Positions 10,017 through 21,200 of a stretch of DNA of 64,000 nucleotides are shown piece after piece (the first letter of the stretch is position 1; the number at the start of each line of letters is the position of its first letter). The notes below the pieces were generated by a model. The model was not told the origin of the DNA and did not search any database. It worked only from the letters and a program-made list of their open reading frames with translations. This DNA is from Gracilinanus agilis (lineage: Eukaryota): NCBI RefSeq assembly GCF_016433145.1, contig NC_058135.1, positions 298,610,694-298,674,693 of the forward strand, written 5' to 3'. The position numbers and the translations under genes are program-made.

Positions 10017-12541
10017 TCACAGGTCCCCGTCTCTGTCCAGCTCCTCCCGCGCCGGAGGGAGGCCTTCGCTGCTGCTGCTGCCTCCAGCCACGTGGCCCGC
10101 CTCGCTCCGGTTCTCCTGCTTCTGCCGCCGGATCTCCTTGTAGCGGAGGGTGATGTCCCTGCGGGGGATGGGCGGCGTGCATCACTTCGGGGCTGGGGGG
10201 GGCACCCGGGGCTGGCAGGCGCCCCTCCCCCCGCCCCAGGGGAAGCCCTCGCGGGCACCCACCGGAGGAAGAAGCGCCAGACGGTCCAGGTGAGCACCAG
10301 CACGGTGCCCAGGATCCAGCACTGCGCCACGTAGAAGGGCAGCGACAGGGTCAGCGTGTACGGGTCGTACTTCACCACGATCAGGAACTCCGTGGCCGTG
10401 ATGGCCGCCACCAGCCACGCCTGCTGGCCGAACTTCTTGTGGAATTTCCTGAAGGGGGGGCGGGGCTCAGGGAGGGGGGAAACTGAGGCACCGGAGCTCC
10501 TGGGGCTTCGGAGGAGGCTCGGCTCTGCAGGCTCTGGGGACTTGGGGGCCCCTTCCTTGCCTCCTTGGGGATCTGGGGCCTGGGGGTCCCAAAAGGCAGG
10601 GGATTCTGGGAGAGGGGGAGCAGTGGGGCTCCCCTGGAGGTGCCCTCCCTGCCTCCAGCCTGTCCTCAGGCTCTTGCCACTCCCGAAAGGTCTTGGGGCA
10701 GCCCCAGTGCCAGCCCTGTGCCCCCCCATCCCACCTTTTGCCCCTAAAGACCAGACTCCTCCCGACCTCCCCTAGGCACCCCCATCCTGTCCACACAGTC
10801 CAGTGGATCCGGACGTCCCTCTCCTTCGGGCTCTTCCCCTCGGCCGGCGGCCACCCTGTAAAGTGAACTAGGAGCCCTCCTCCTCCTCCAGGAAGCCTTC
10901 CCTGACCTCCCCCAGAGCGGAGATGGGGGGTCACTCACGGGTCATCCATGAAGTCATAGATCTCCCGCATGGCCACGCCCCCCACGTTCACAAAGAAGAC
11001 GAGGCGCAGGAGGACCAGGTAGTGCTCGGGGGGCATCCACAGCACGAACTTCAGGTAGAAGGTGTTGAGCTCCGCCAGGAGGAACTGAGGGGGGACAGAG
11101 ACGGCCTGCAGGCGGGCCCTCCCGGGGAGCCGAGCCGCCCCCCGTGCCCCGTGCCCGGCCCCCTTACCACCAGGATGATGCCGCAGACGCCCAGCCACCG
11201 GCGCAGGCTGGAGGCCGGCTTCCACTCGAAGCGCACCCAGCTGTACGGTGTGAACTGGAAGGCGATCCTCTTCATCTTGCCCCTGCAGAGGGGACACGGC
11301 CGGGCCTTCTCTAAGGGGCGCCACCCCCCCCGGCCTCCTCTGCCCCGCCGGGTCTCCTCCCGAGGCCTCGGGTGCCCTCAAGACCCTTCTGCAGCCGTGT
11401 CCAGGTGGTACCACGGTGCCCGTCAACCCAGGATGGCGAGGGGGCCCACGGGGTCCGGGCCTCGCCTCGGGAAGACCCGAGTTCAGATCTGGCTTCAGAC
11501 ACGCCCCCGCGGGGGGACCCTGGCCGAGCCCCCCGAGGGCCTCCCCCGCCCGAGCGTCCTGCAGGCGGTGCCCGTACTTGTAGGTGGGGATGTTCCACAG
11601 GCCCTGCCACTTGTACGTCTTCAGGGACAGCCAGCCCAGCGTCTTCATGCCGCAGTAGATGCCCAGCCCGTTGCACAGAAGCACGTCCATGATCCACTGA
11701 GGAGAGAACAGAGGCGTGGGCAGCCCCGCCTCGGGGGCCGGGCGCTCTGTGCCCCCTGGGAAGCTCCCCCCACGACCACACTGGGCATGGGCCCTCCCCC
11801 AGCGCCCTGGCACTCTGCTCTGCAGACATCACGGCCGCCCCAACCCCAATCTCTCTCCTCAGGGGCGACCCCGCGGACCCTGCTCTCGGCCACGTGCCAC
11901 CCCGGAGCCTTACGGGCACAGGGAAGGGTCAGATGGGAGACGTGCCCAGGACCAAAGGAGGGCCGAGACAGGGTGCGGGCAGGGCGCGCCGCCACCTACA
12001 TGGTCCCACCAGCACTCGCTGAAGTTGGGCAGCTGGTGCTCCAGGCTGTACTCGAGGAACTCGAACATCACGCTGACGATCATGCACATCCACCAGTCAC
12101 GGATCATCAGAGTCTGCGGGCACAGGCACGGGCATGGGCAGCCTGGCACCGGACCCCCGCCGCCCCTTCCTCTGGCCTCTGCCCCGTGCCCACCCTCGTG
12201 CCATACCTTTAAGTACCAGCCGAGAAAATGAGCCGGCACGAATCCGTCCAGTTTGTCCTGCAGAGACGGGAAGGAGTTGGCACGAGCCCTCGAACCCAGG
12301 GCCGCTTCCTGGTTTTTTCGGCTTCAGTTTCCTCAACTCCGAGACGGGGATGAGGACGGCGACCCCCCCCCACCCCGCGCGGCCCACGGGCACCTCCGGG
12401 CCTCACCCAGACGTTGTGGAAGGGGTCCGTGGCGTTGTCGGGGTCGTAGACAAGGCAGTTGCCGCCATAGTCGCGCTCGGGCAGGGGGACGCCCAGCTTG
12501 GGGTCGATGTACTTCAGGAACTGCCGCCCGTCGTGCACCGT
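10017..12541 (-). CDS. PTDSS2: Phosphatidylserine synthase 2, 3' part (8 exons); 5' exons not visible in the assembled sequence
   Basis: Minus-strand exons 12541-12407, 12257-12207, 12113-12000, 11696-11578, 11282-11168, 11084-10939, 10448-10263, 10158-10017, all phase-consistent. Peptides include [44 protein letters not shown]...[22 protein letters not shown] and [13 protein letters not shown]. Confidence 0.95.
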
Positions 12542-12822
12542 CTGGAAGAGCGACAGGACCTGCTGGGCCGCCCCGCTACGGGGCAGGAAGCAGGCACGGG
12601 CACGGGCCGCCTCCCAGGGCACCGTCTGCCCGCCAGGATCGCCGCGTCCCCAAGGACAGGGCAGCCCCCCGGGGAGGGCGTCTGGCACATCCTTGGCTTC
12701 CCGGGGAGTTGGGGGGGGGGCACTGGACACGGGACCAAGCCATGGGGAAAAGGCCCAAGTACCAGGTGCGAGACACCAACCTCTTGGAAATGTTGGTTCG
12801 GAAAGCCGTCCAAGTACTGGGG

Positions 12823-13322
12823 NNNNNNNNNNNNNNNNNNNNNNNNNNNNNNNNNNNNNNNNNNNNNNNNNNNNNNNNNNNNNNNNNNNNNNNNNNNNNN
12901 NNNNNNNNNNNNNNNNNNNNNNNNNNNNNNNNNNNNNNNNNNNNNNNNNNNNNNNNNNNNNNNNNNNNNNNNNNNNNNNNNNNNNNNNNNNNNNNNNNNN
13001 NNNNNNNNNNNNNNNNNNNNNNNNNNNNNNNNNNNNNNNNNNNNNNNNNNNNNNNNNNNNNNNNNNNNNNNNNNNNNNNNNNNNNNNNNNNNNNNNNNNN
13101 NNNNNNNNNNNNNNNNNNNNNNNNNNNNNNNNNNNNNNNNNNNNNNNNNNNNNNNNNNNNNNNNNNNNNNNNNNNNNNNNNNNNNNNNNNNNNNNNNNNN
13201 NNNNNNNNNNNNNNNNNNNNNNNNNNNNNNNNNNNNNNNNNNNNNNNNNNNNNNNNNNNNNNNNNNNNNNNNNNNNNNNNNNNNNNNNNNNNNNNNNNNN
13301 NNNNNNNNNNNNNNNNNNNNNN
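12823..13322. other. 500-N scaffold join of unknown true size
   Basis: Exactly 500 N, lying where the PTDSS2 5' exons are expected. Confidence 0.9.
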
Positions 13323-13450
13323 TGACCGTGTCCCCGCCTCCCTGCCCCCAGGGCTCTAGTTCCTTAACCGTGAACCTGCCCCCCCTAACCGTGAACCTGC
13401 CTCCCTTAACCGTGACCCCCCCGCCTCTGACCGTGACCCCCCCTGACACC
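13323..13450 (+). repeat. ~21-bp minisatellite (consensus ttaaccgtgaacctgcccccc), about 4 degenerate units plus a partial unit at the gap edge
   Basis: Units start at 13364, 13385, 13406 and 13427; a partial tgaccgtg lies at 13323. Confidence 0.8.
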
Positions 13451-14329
13451 ACCCTGGCTTAGGGAGCTCACGGAGAGCGGCCTCCCCTCCCCCTACCCTG
13501 GAAGCGGCTTCCGGCTGTGTGTGGGAGCTCGCTCCCCACCCGCGGCCACTGACCACCTGGGGCCGCCCGGAGGGGGCTCTCATTAAACTGTTGCTTGCTT
13601 TTAATCCCTTGGCATGGGGAGTGTCGCGTCTGCAGGTGGCGCGTCCGCCACCAGCGGGGCTTCAACCCCCGAGGGGGAGGGGGGACCCGCAGCCAGGAGG
13701 CGACGCTGCCCTGCCCAAGCAGCTCTCTGAGGAGGCTTCGCCCAGGGCGGGGTAGCAGAGTCCCTCTGAAGGGGGCGCTGCCTGCTGAGATCCACATAAG
13801 TTAAACTGGGGAGTCTCGGAGGGAAGGCCCGGATTTAGGGAAGGGGTTCCAGGCCTGGCCTGGGGGGCCAGAGGAAGCAGCCCGGGATGGACCCGCCCGC
13901 AGGCCAGTGCCACAGAGTTCCTGTGGGGGGGGGAGGGGGCAGACTCCGAAGGGTTTCCTGCCTTTGCTCCTGGGGGTGATAGGGAGTCACTGAAGGTTAC
14001 TGAGCAAGGGGGGAAGGAGGGAAGACGTGATTACTCCTGCACTAAGATCATGCTGGCCGCTGAATGGAGGATGGAGAGCCGAGGCAGGCAGACCCCTGGC
14101 AGGCTCTTGCTATAGTCCAGACTGGACGGGCTGAGGGCCTGCCCCAGGGTGGAAGCCGTGCACAGCCATGTTTCGAGCCCCCTGGGCCAGAGGAATTCCT
14201 CAGGGCAGGGAACCTCGCTTCACCGTCCCGGGTGACAAGTGTGCCCTCTGAGGAAGAGGCAGCACCGTTGGCAAACGCGCGTCCTTGCGCTCGGCCGCAC
14301 TCTGCTCCGAAGCCCGGCTGGGAGTGAAG

Positions 14330-15470
14330 CGGGTCTGCTGACCATAATCAAATGCAGCTGGAAGAACAGGGCAGGCATCTCAAGGAAGCGATGGAGTAAG
14401 CCATGGTGGTGAACCTGCGGCACGCGAGCCCCAGAGGCACGCAGGGCCCTCTCTGAGGTCCTCCCTGTGCTGGGTCGTGGGGCTGGGCTGCTCCCCTCCC
14501 CCTCTCCCCAGGCGCCCAAGGACAATCCTAACGTCACCCACCGACATCTCACAGCCTGCCTAGCGTACCAAGAGAAGGGCAACTTGGGTGCAGGATGTAG
14601 ACATGAAGGGTGCCGCCCTAAGCAAGTAGGGGAAGCCAGAGCAGTTTCCCTGTGAGCTCCACAGAGAAGGAAGGAATCAGGACCGAAGAAGAGATCGAGA
14701 GCATTGGAGGATGTAAAGTGGATCCTTTGGGCTGTTGACACTGAAAAAGGCTTTGCACGAACAAAACCAATGCACCCAAGGATAGAAGGGAAGCGGCGGT
14801 GGGGGTGGGACTGCACAGCAAGTCCTCTCCCTGCTCCAGGAGGCCTGCCCAGTCAAATGTATCAAAAGATGGCCTTTTCCAGGTGCCAAATGGCCCGAGG
14901 AAGAAATCCAAGCTGGCTCTAGTTGGGAGAAAAAAAGGCTCTAAAGCCGGAGGATGGGAGAAAGGCGGCCCCGCCTCGTGCCTGTCACATTGGCCAAAGA
15001 GACAGAAAAGGAAAAGGAGAGATGTTGGAGGAGGCTCGAGGAAGATTGGGACGCTAGTGCATTGTTGGTGGAGTTGGGACGCGAGCCAACCATTCTGGAG
15101 AGCAATCTGGACCTGTGCCCAAGGGGCTTCAAAGCTCTGCGTCCCTCTGCTGGGGCTGGAGCCCAAAGAGATCAAAGAAAAAGGGGGAAGGACCCGTTTG
15201 TACAATCTAGTTCTGGCAGCTTTTTGTGCTGGCAAAGAATTGGAAACGGGACGGCCGCCCGCGGGGAATGATCGGAAAAGCCTGCGCAGACTCCTCGGAA
15301 CTCGGATGGACGAGGCGAAGTGAAGCAAGAAGAACCAGCTCGTGGTCGGGAGCCACGGCACGGCTGGGCAGCGGTGCCCGGCCGGGAATGGCCTCGCTCT
15401 TCTCAGCGGTGCAGCCAGATTCACGATGAGCCTCCGGAGAAGAGACGGCCGAGCGGCGTCCTCCGCCGCG
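14330..15470 (+). mobile_element. Old, GC-shifted LINE-1 ORF2 3' fragment
   Basis: aaaggctttgcacgaacaaaaccaatgc, ctggagagcaatctggacctgtgcccaag and cccaaagagatcaaag...ggcagctttttgtgctggcaaagaattggaaa resemble the marsupial L1 3' ORF2 and the younger L1 at 56066-56880. Confidence 0.75.
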
Positions 15471-15974
15471 TGTGCTCCCATCTCGTTCCCCACAAGTGAC
15501 TGATAGGGAAAAACGCTCCCTGCCTCTCGCCCTCTGTGGCTCCCTTCCCTTCCGGGGGTGGGGGTGGGGGTGGGGGCCGGCACCGACCTGGAACTCGAAA
15601 TCAAAAAGTGAAAACCTGTTTGGGCCTGTGACTTGGGAAAATGAATGCCATTAAAAATGGAAAAGCGTAGTTTGGGGGCCCCTCGCTCGTCCTCCTTCCC
15701 GGCTTCGTCACCCCTCGGTGGGGAAAACCCGTTTCCCTTTACAAAGCGGGAACGGCCCTGGGGGGGGCGGGAGCCCACCCAGGCAGGCGGAATCGGGAGG
15801 GAAGTCTCTCCACAGGGGCATCGATGCCGAGAGTCCCGTGGCTACCTCCAGCTCTGCCCTGTGGGTCGTTCCAGGCTGCGTTGGGCCCCTCTTTCCCAGG
15901 ATGCTCTCGTGGATATTGACTTTTTTAGGCCCACCCTGTGTATTAGTTCTGAGGTGGAAGGAAGGGCTAGGCAA

Positions 15975-16050
15975 TAGGGGTGAAGTGACTAGCCCAGGGT
16001 CACACAGCCAGGAAGTGTCTGAGGCCAGATTTAGCCTCCCTCCCATGTCT
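15975..16050 (-). mobile_element. MIR/core-SINE fragment
   Basis: gtgaagtgactagcccagggtcacacagccaggaagtgtctgaggccagattt. Confidence 0.7.
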
Positions 16051-16687
16051 AGGCCCTGCTCTCTAGCCACTGAGCCCCCCAGCTGCCCATAGGTATTCCT
16101 CTTTTTCATGCCGTCTTGAGAAATGCCTTTGCCAAAACGTTGGGTCTACGGTCGGCCTGCTGGTAGGAAGCCCATTGGTGGGCGCTCAATAGGCATCTCT
16201 CAAGAGCCAACTGGGCGCCGGGCCTCACCGGGGAACCCTGGAGCTTGGGAGTAGGCATGTCCCTGGGAGGACTCGGCCCTGCCGATGCTGAGCCACGGCT
16301 TGGGGGCACTAGTGAGGACGCAGGCGCTGCACCTGTGGTCCAAATTAAAGCCAGCCCAGGTACGGCGCCCGCCTCCCAGCTGCCAGGCTCTGTGCCTGTC
16401 CTCTGGGGGGGTTACTTTCTCCTAGCGACAGCCCTGTGCAGGCAGAGAGAATAGGCTGACCAGCCAGAGGAGGGAGACAACTTGGCTGGGGGGGACATCA
16501 TGGCAGGCTTCCCAGAGGAAGAGGGCACAGAGCTGAGGGGGGAGGGCAGACCAGGCAGCAACAGAGCATGCCCACAGCAGAAGGATGGGGCAGAGGGACT
16601 GGGGCTCAGAAAGCTCCTCTTGGAGCCTCGGCTGTCTCGTGTGTAAAATGGTCATGATGTGGCTGCAAGGCTCTCTGGGAACATTTT

Positions 16688-16858
16688 GCCTGGAGTTGAG
16701 AAGACCCGAGTTCAAATCCAGCCTCAGACACTTCGGAGCTGGGTGACCCTGGCCCAGTCACTTCACTCTGTTTGCCTCACTTCCTCGTTTTGCCCTGGAG
16801 AAGGAAACGAACCACTGCAGTGTCTCTGCCAGGAAAATCCCAATGGGACACGACAGAG
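16688..16858 (+). mobile_element. Mar1-type marsupial SINE (core-SINE with RTE-like tail)
   Basis: gaagacccgagttcaaatccagcctcagacac...gtgaccctgg...ggagaaggaaacgaaccactgcagtgtctctgccaggaaaatccc. Confidence 0.75.
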
Positions 16859-17602
16859 AGGGCCAAAGAACATGCCGGGCACTGTGCCAGCCCTGCCAGA
16901 AGCCGGGGGAGGGGGCCCCTCCGGCCAGGCTCAGGTCAGGCAAAGCCGGGGCTGGAAGCGGCTCCTGGAACAGCGGGCAGAGGTCACTCCCACAGAGCCA
17001 GGCTCTGGCCAAGGACAGCCCCAGGACCAGCCTCGCCCACAGGCACGAATCTCCCTTTGTGGGGCGGCACGAGGGGGACCGACAAGTGGCAGAACCGTTA
17101 TTGCTCTGGAGCCCGGCCTGGGGACCGGGAGGGAGGGAGGGAGGGAGGCCAGGCGGGCTCTCCTCCTGGGTCACCTCAGGTGCGTGACGCCGCGGCCGGC
17201 CACTGTCCATCCCAGGGAGCGGAGGAAGGCGCTTTTGTCAGGCTTGCACCCTCCCCCACATCCATGGGCCCCCGGGCCGGGCCAGCGGGGAGGGGGGAGC
17301 GGCAGGAGAAGCTCCGTGGCACGCAGCCGGGCCAGCGTCCCCCCCTCGGTACCTGGCCCTGGGGCTGCCCAAGGACGGGGCGTGGGACTTTCCAGGGGGC
17401 TCCCCGGCCGCCAATCTCCATGGCAGGTGCCACAGCACTCCCTCCCCCCACCCCAAAAGCTTACCCTTCACCAGGGAAGATGCCGCCCTGCCAAGGCCTG
17501 CCCAGGCCGACTCTTCCGCCTTTCTGATCTGGTCCAGATGATGCCATTTCTCGGCTGGCATTTCCCACCTTGGCACCTTGGGTGGGAGGCCCTGCTGCCT
17601 GC

Positions 17603-17664
17603 CCCCCGCCTGGCAGGGCTCCCCCGCCTGGCAGGGCTCCCCCGCCTGGCAGGGCTCCCCCGCC
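17603..17664 (+). repeat. 18-bp tandem repeat, 3.4 copies (cccccgcctggcagggct), upstream of ANO9
   Basis: Perfect units at 17603, 17621 and 17639; partial unit at 17657. Confidence 0.92.
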
Positions 17665-18285
17665 GGGGCCTCATTCCTGGGGAATGGCGGCCCAGAGCCA
17701 CGGAGCTCCCCACGGCCGGGGCTCCTGCCTGGCACACAGCAGTCCTTTACAAGCTGCGCGTGCAGGCGGCCTCCGGGCACAGCGGGACTGGGGAAGGGGC
17801 CACCCACGGCTGCCTTTGGTAGATGGCCGAGCCGAGGCCCACCGACGTTCCTGGAGCGCCTACTAAGTGCCGGGCTTAACACTTAACACAGAAGTGGCGC
17901 CCGGAGCCTGTTCCCGAGTTCAAATGCAGCTGCGGATACCAGCTGAGTGTCCATTTGCCTTAGTTTCCTCATCTGTAAAATGGGCTGGAGAAGGCGGGGG
18001 AGGACCGCAGGGCCCGGCCCCTCCCCTCTCGCATTCCGCACATTCCCGCCCCAGCAGCCAGGTGGCTGCTCTGGGGCTGGGCGGGGCCGGGATGCCCAGC
18101 CCGGCTGGGGGGCCGCCGCTCCCCTTTGTCCCGCCCCTCCCTCGTGCCTGCAGCTCAGGCTGGAGGCTCACACGGAAGTCCGAGCTCCAGAGCCCGCGCA
18201 CCGGAGAGGGGAGAGCGGAGAGCAGAGGGGCCCCTGGGACTGGCCAGCAGCCGCGCGGCCCAGAGCTGCGGAGGGAGCCTCCATC

Positions 18286-21200
18286 ATGCAGGTGAGACCC
18301 GGCCAGCCCCGGCCGCAGAGGGAGATCCGAGGAGGCCCATCTGGGCAGGAGGGCCTCTCCACACCGGGAGCCTGCACGCCCCACAGCTGGGAGGGGCCCC
18401 CCTTCCGGGCCTGCAGGCAAGGAAGCTCTGAGTTCTGATTCAGCCTGAGATGCCCTTCAGGCTGTCTGCCTCAGTTTCTTCCCCTGTAAACTGGGGATAA
18501 TCAGAGCCCGGGGCTGTGGTGAGAATCCTCCCAGGTGATCTCTGTAGGGCTCTTTGCAAACCTTTTAGGGTGCTGGGGGTGGGGTCCCTTGGGTCCCCGA
18601 AGGGCGAGCTGGGCAGTGGGAGAGTGAGGGAAGGCCCACACTTGGCACTTGGTTGTGTCCCCCCCAGAGGTGCCCAGGAAGAGGGCAGGGCCAGGGAAGC
18701 CTCAGCAGGAAGGGGAGAGCTGGGGCCCGGACCCCCCCAGGAGCATGTTCTGGGGGGCTCCCTGCAGGAGAGGCTCTGCCGGGCGCCAGGCCCTGACCTA
18801 GGCATGGGTGAGGGCAGAAGGTGGCCCCAGCCCCTGCCCTCTGGAAGGCTTCCTGGAGGAGGAGGGATTGGAGGCGGGGAGCCGGGGATGGAGGAGCCTC
18901 AATGACATCGGCGGCATGGTCAGACATGGCTGGATGGGGGATGGGCTGGAGCAAGGAGACCCCCCCCACCCCCGCCCCCAGCAGAAACCTTCCACGTCAG
19001 ACCAGAGGCCTCGTGTGCACCCGTGTGAGGGCTGCGCCTGCAGTCTGAAAGACCCGAGTTCAAAATCGGTCTCGGATATTCCATGACTGGATGAGGTGCT
19101 CTGCCTCGGTCTCCTCAACTGTAAAGTGAGGGTAAACCTCGCGGTGAGGAGCCGTCGCGGCCCCGTTGCCACGGCTCGGCCGGGCGCACAGCAGGCGCTC
19201 TGTGCGGGGAGGCGGCGCCACCAGTCAGGACAGTTGGCCGAGTGGGGCAGAAGAGGCCGCCCAGGCTCAGGGCTCCCTGTGGAGAGGAGGCCGGGTCAGA
19301 GAGGGAAGAAACGAGAAGGGAATGTCCTGGGGGAGAGGCCGGAGGGGGAAAGGCCACCGGCCGGGCGAGCAAGGGGTCAGCAGTCCCTCTGGACAGAGTA
19401 AGAGTGAAGAGAGGGGGAGGAGGCGGCACACCAAGTGTAGATGGGCTCCTCGAGTAGTTTACCCACAAAATGGAGGAGGGGCGGGCCGGGCGCTGGTGGG
19501 CCTTTTTGAGGATGGGGGAGACGAGGGCACGTCTGTGGGCCGCCGGGAAGCACTGAGGAGGTGGGGAGAGACTGGTGAGGAGTCCAAGGGGGGATGACGG
19601 AGGAGGCAGAAGGCTGGGAAGGAGGCTGCCCATCCTGGAAGCCAGGGATGGAGGAGGGACGAGAGGGACAGAAGGCCTCCGAAGAGGGCAGGAGCGCGAG
19701 CCCATTTGGGGTAGCATGGAAGGCTGGGGGCTCTCCTCGGAGAGGCCGGAGCAGGGATGAAGCGGGGAAGCGCCTCTGTGCACGCTGGGAGAGTCAAGCT
19801 AACGAGGGTGTCGAGGGATCGCCTTGTAGCAGGCACGACCCAGAGATGATGTAACTGAAACCTGTTGTGGACCCAGTCGGGACGGTGGCCCGATCCTCTC
19901 CACCCCCGTTGGGCAGCTGCAGGGAAGGCAGAGGGCGGTGGGAGGGACTCTGGGCTCTGCCAGCCGAGGACAAGTCCAGCATCCACCCGGGTGGCCGTGG
20001 GAGGCCGTAGGCAGGGAGGGGGCTCCGAGAGGTCTGGCCGGGCCCCAGAATGGCTCACGCAGAGTCCCAGAAGCGGGGTGGCAACCAGTCCCGGGGGGGC
20101 TGGGCACCCCCGTCTCGGGCATCTGGGGCACGCCACTCTGGGTGCCCAAGGAACAAAGGCCAGGGGAGGGGCCGGCCACCTGGGTGTGGAGGCTGCTGGG
20201 AGATCGGAGCAGCAGCTTAACCTGCTCTCCAAGTTCCGGGAAAGGCTGGCACCTGCCGGCCGGGCGGACCCACGGAGGAAGGAGGCGGGAGGCAGGCGGA
20301 GGCCGGATGGTGGCCGAGGGGGGCCCGGCTCACTTTGCAGGGCTGAGGTCATTCGGGCCTAGACCCTCCTCGCTCTGGCAGGAAGCCCTCCCTCCCTCGA
20401 AGGGTTGCTGAGGTGCAAGGAAGGGCTTGGCAGGCGGTAGGGCCTCCACGGGGACCCTGGAGTACAGAGTGGCCACGGAGAGGCCTGGCTCGGGCCTCCG
20501 CTTCTCTCCATCCCTCTGTCTGTCTCCGGGGGCGCTCGCTCCCCCTCACTCAGGCTCGGTCTTGGCTGGACTCCTCTGTCCCCCCGGCTCTGCCGAGGCC
20601 CCCCCGACCCCCCCCCCCCCGTCTCTCGCACTCCACCTCGAATCCATGGCTAGGAGGCCCTCAGCCATTGGCGGCCTCCCAGCCGGCCTCCACAAGGAGG
20701 CCACGCGGATGCTGAGGCCCCAGAAGCTTCGGGCTTTTAGGTCAGGTGGACAACCTGCTGCCCCGACGGCTTCGGCCTGGAACCTCCCAGGAGGGCCCCG
20801 ACTCCCTGTCCAGGGCCGGCCTCCGCCTTCTCTGCAAAGACCAGACTTGGAGGCACAGCGCCTGGGTGTGCGGGAGAGGCCGGCTTCCTTCCAGGCTCCG
20901 GCCTCCTGCAGCCTCCAGCCTCTCCCAGGCTCGGCTCAAAGGCCTCCCCGAGTGGCTGGGGCTCTCTTGAGCGTGGGGCCCAGCCAGGCCTTTCCGTGAC
21001 CACGGTATGTCCCCGGCTTCCTTCGGCTCCGGCCTTCCCTCTGCCCGTCCGCTAGGACCACTCCTGCCTGGGGCTCGTCCCCTCAGGCCTGGCCTTCCTC
21101 TGCGTCCTCACCCTTGGCTCACGGCCCGGCACACAGTAGGTGCTTAATCTATGTATATTTCTGCACGCACACACACGCGCGTGTGCCCGCTCTGCCTCTA

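Noticed and set aside
13364-13445. taacc-containing repeat as telomeric sequence or a CRISPR-like array
   Set aside because: The unit is 21 bp with no TTAGGG hexamers and no unique spacers, and the context is eukaryotic.
12134-13462. Long ORFs spanning N runs (also at 34334-35806, 45400-46888, 54394-55807, 59073-60831)
   Set aside because: Their length comes from untranslatable N stretches, not real coding sequence.
14618-15778. 386-aa minus-strand ORF
   Set aside because: It is antisense to a decayed L1 fragment and shows no domain similarity.
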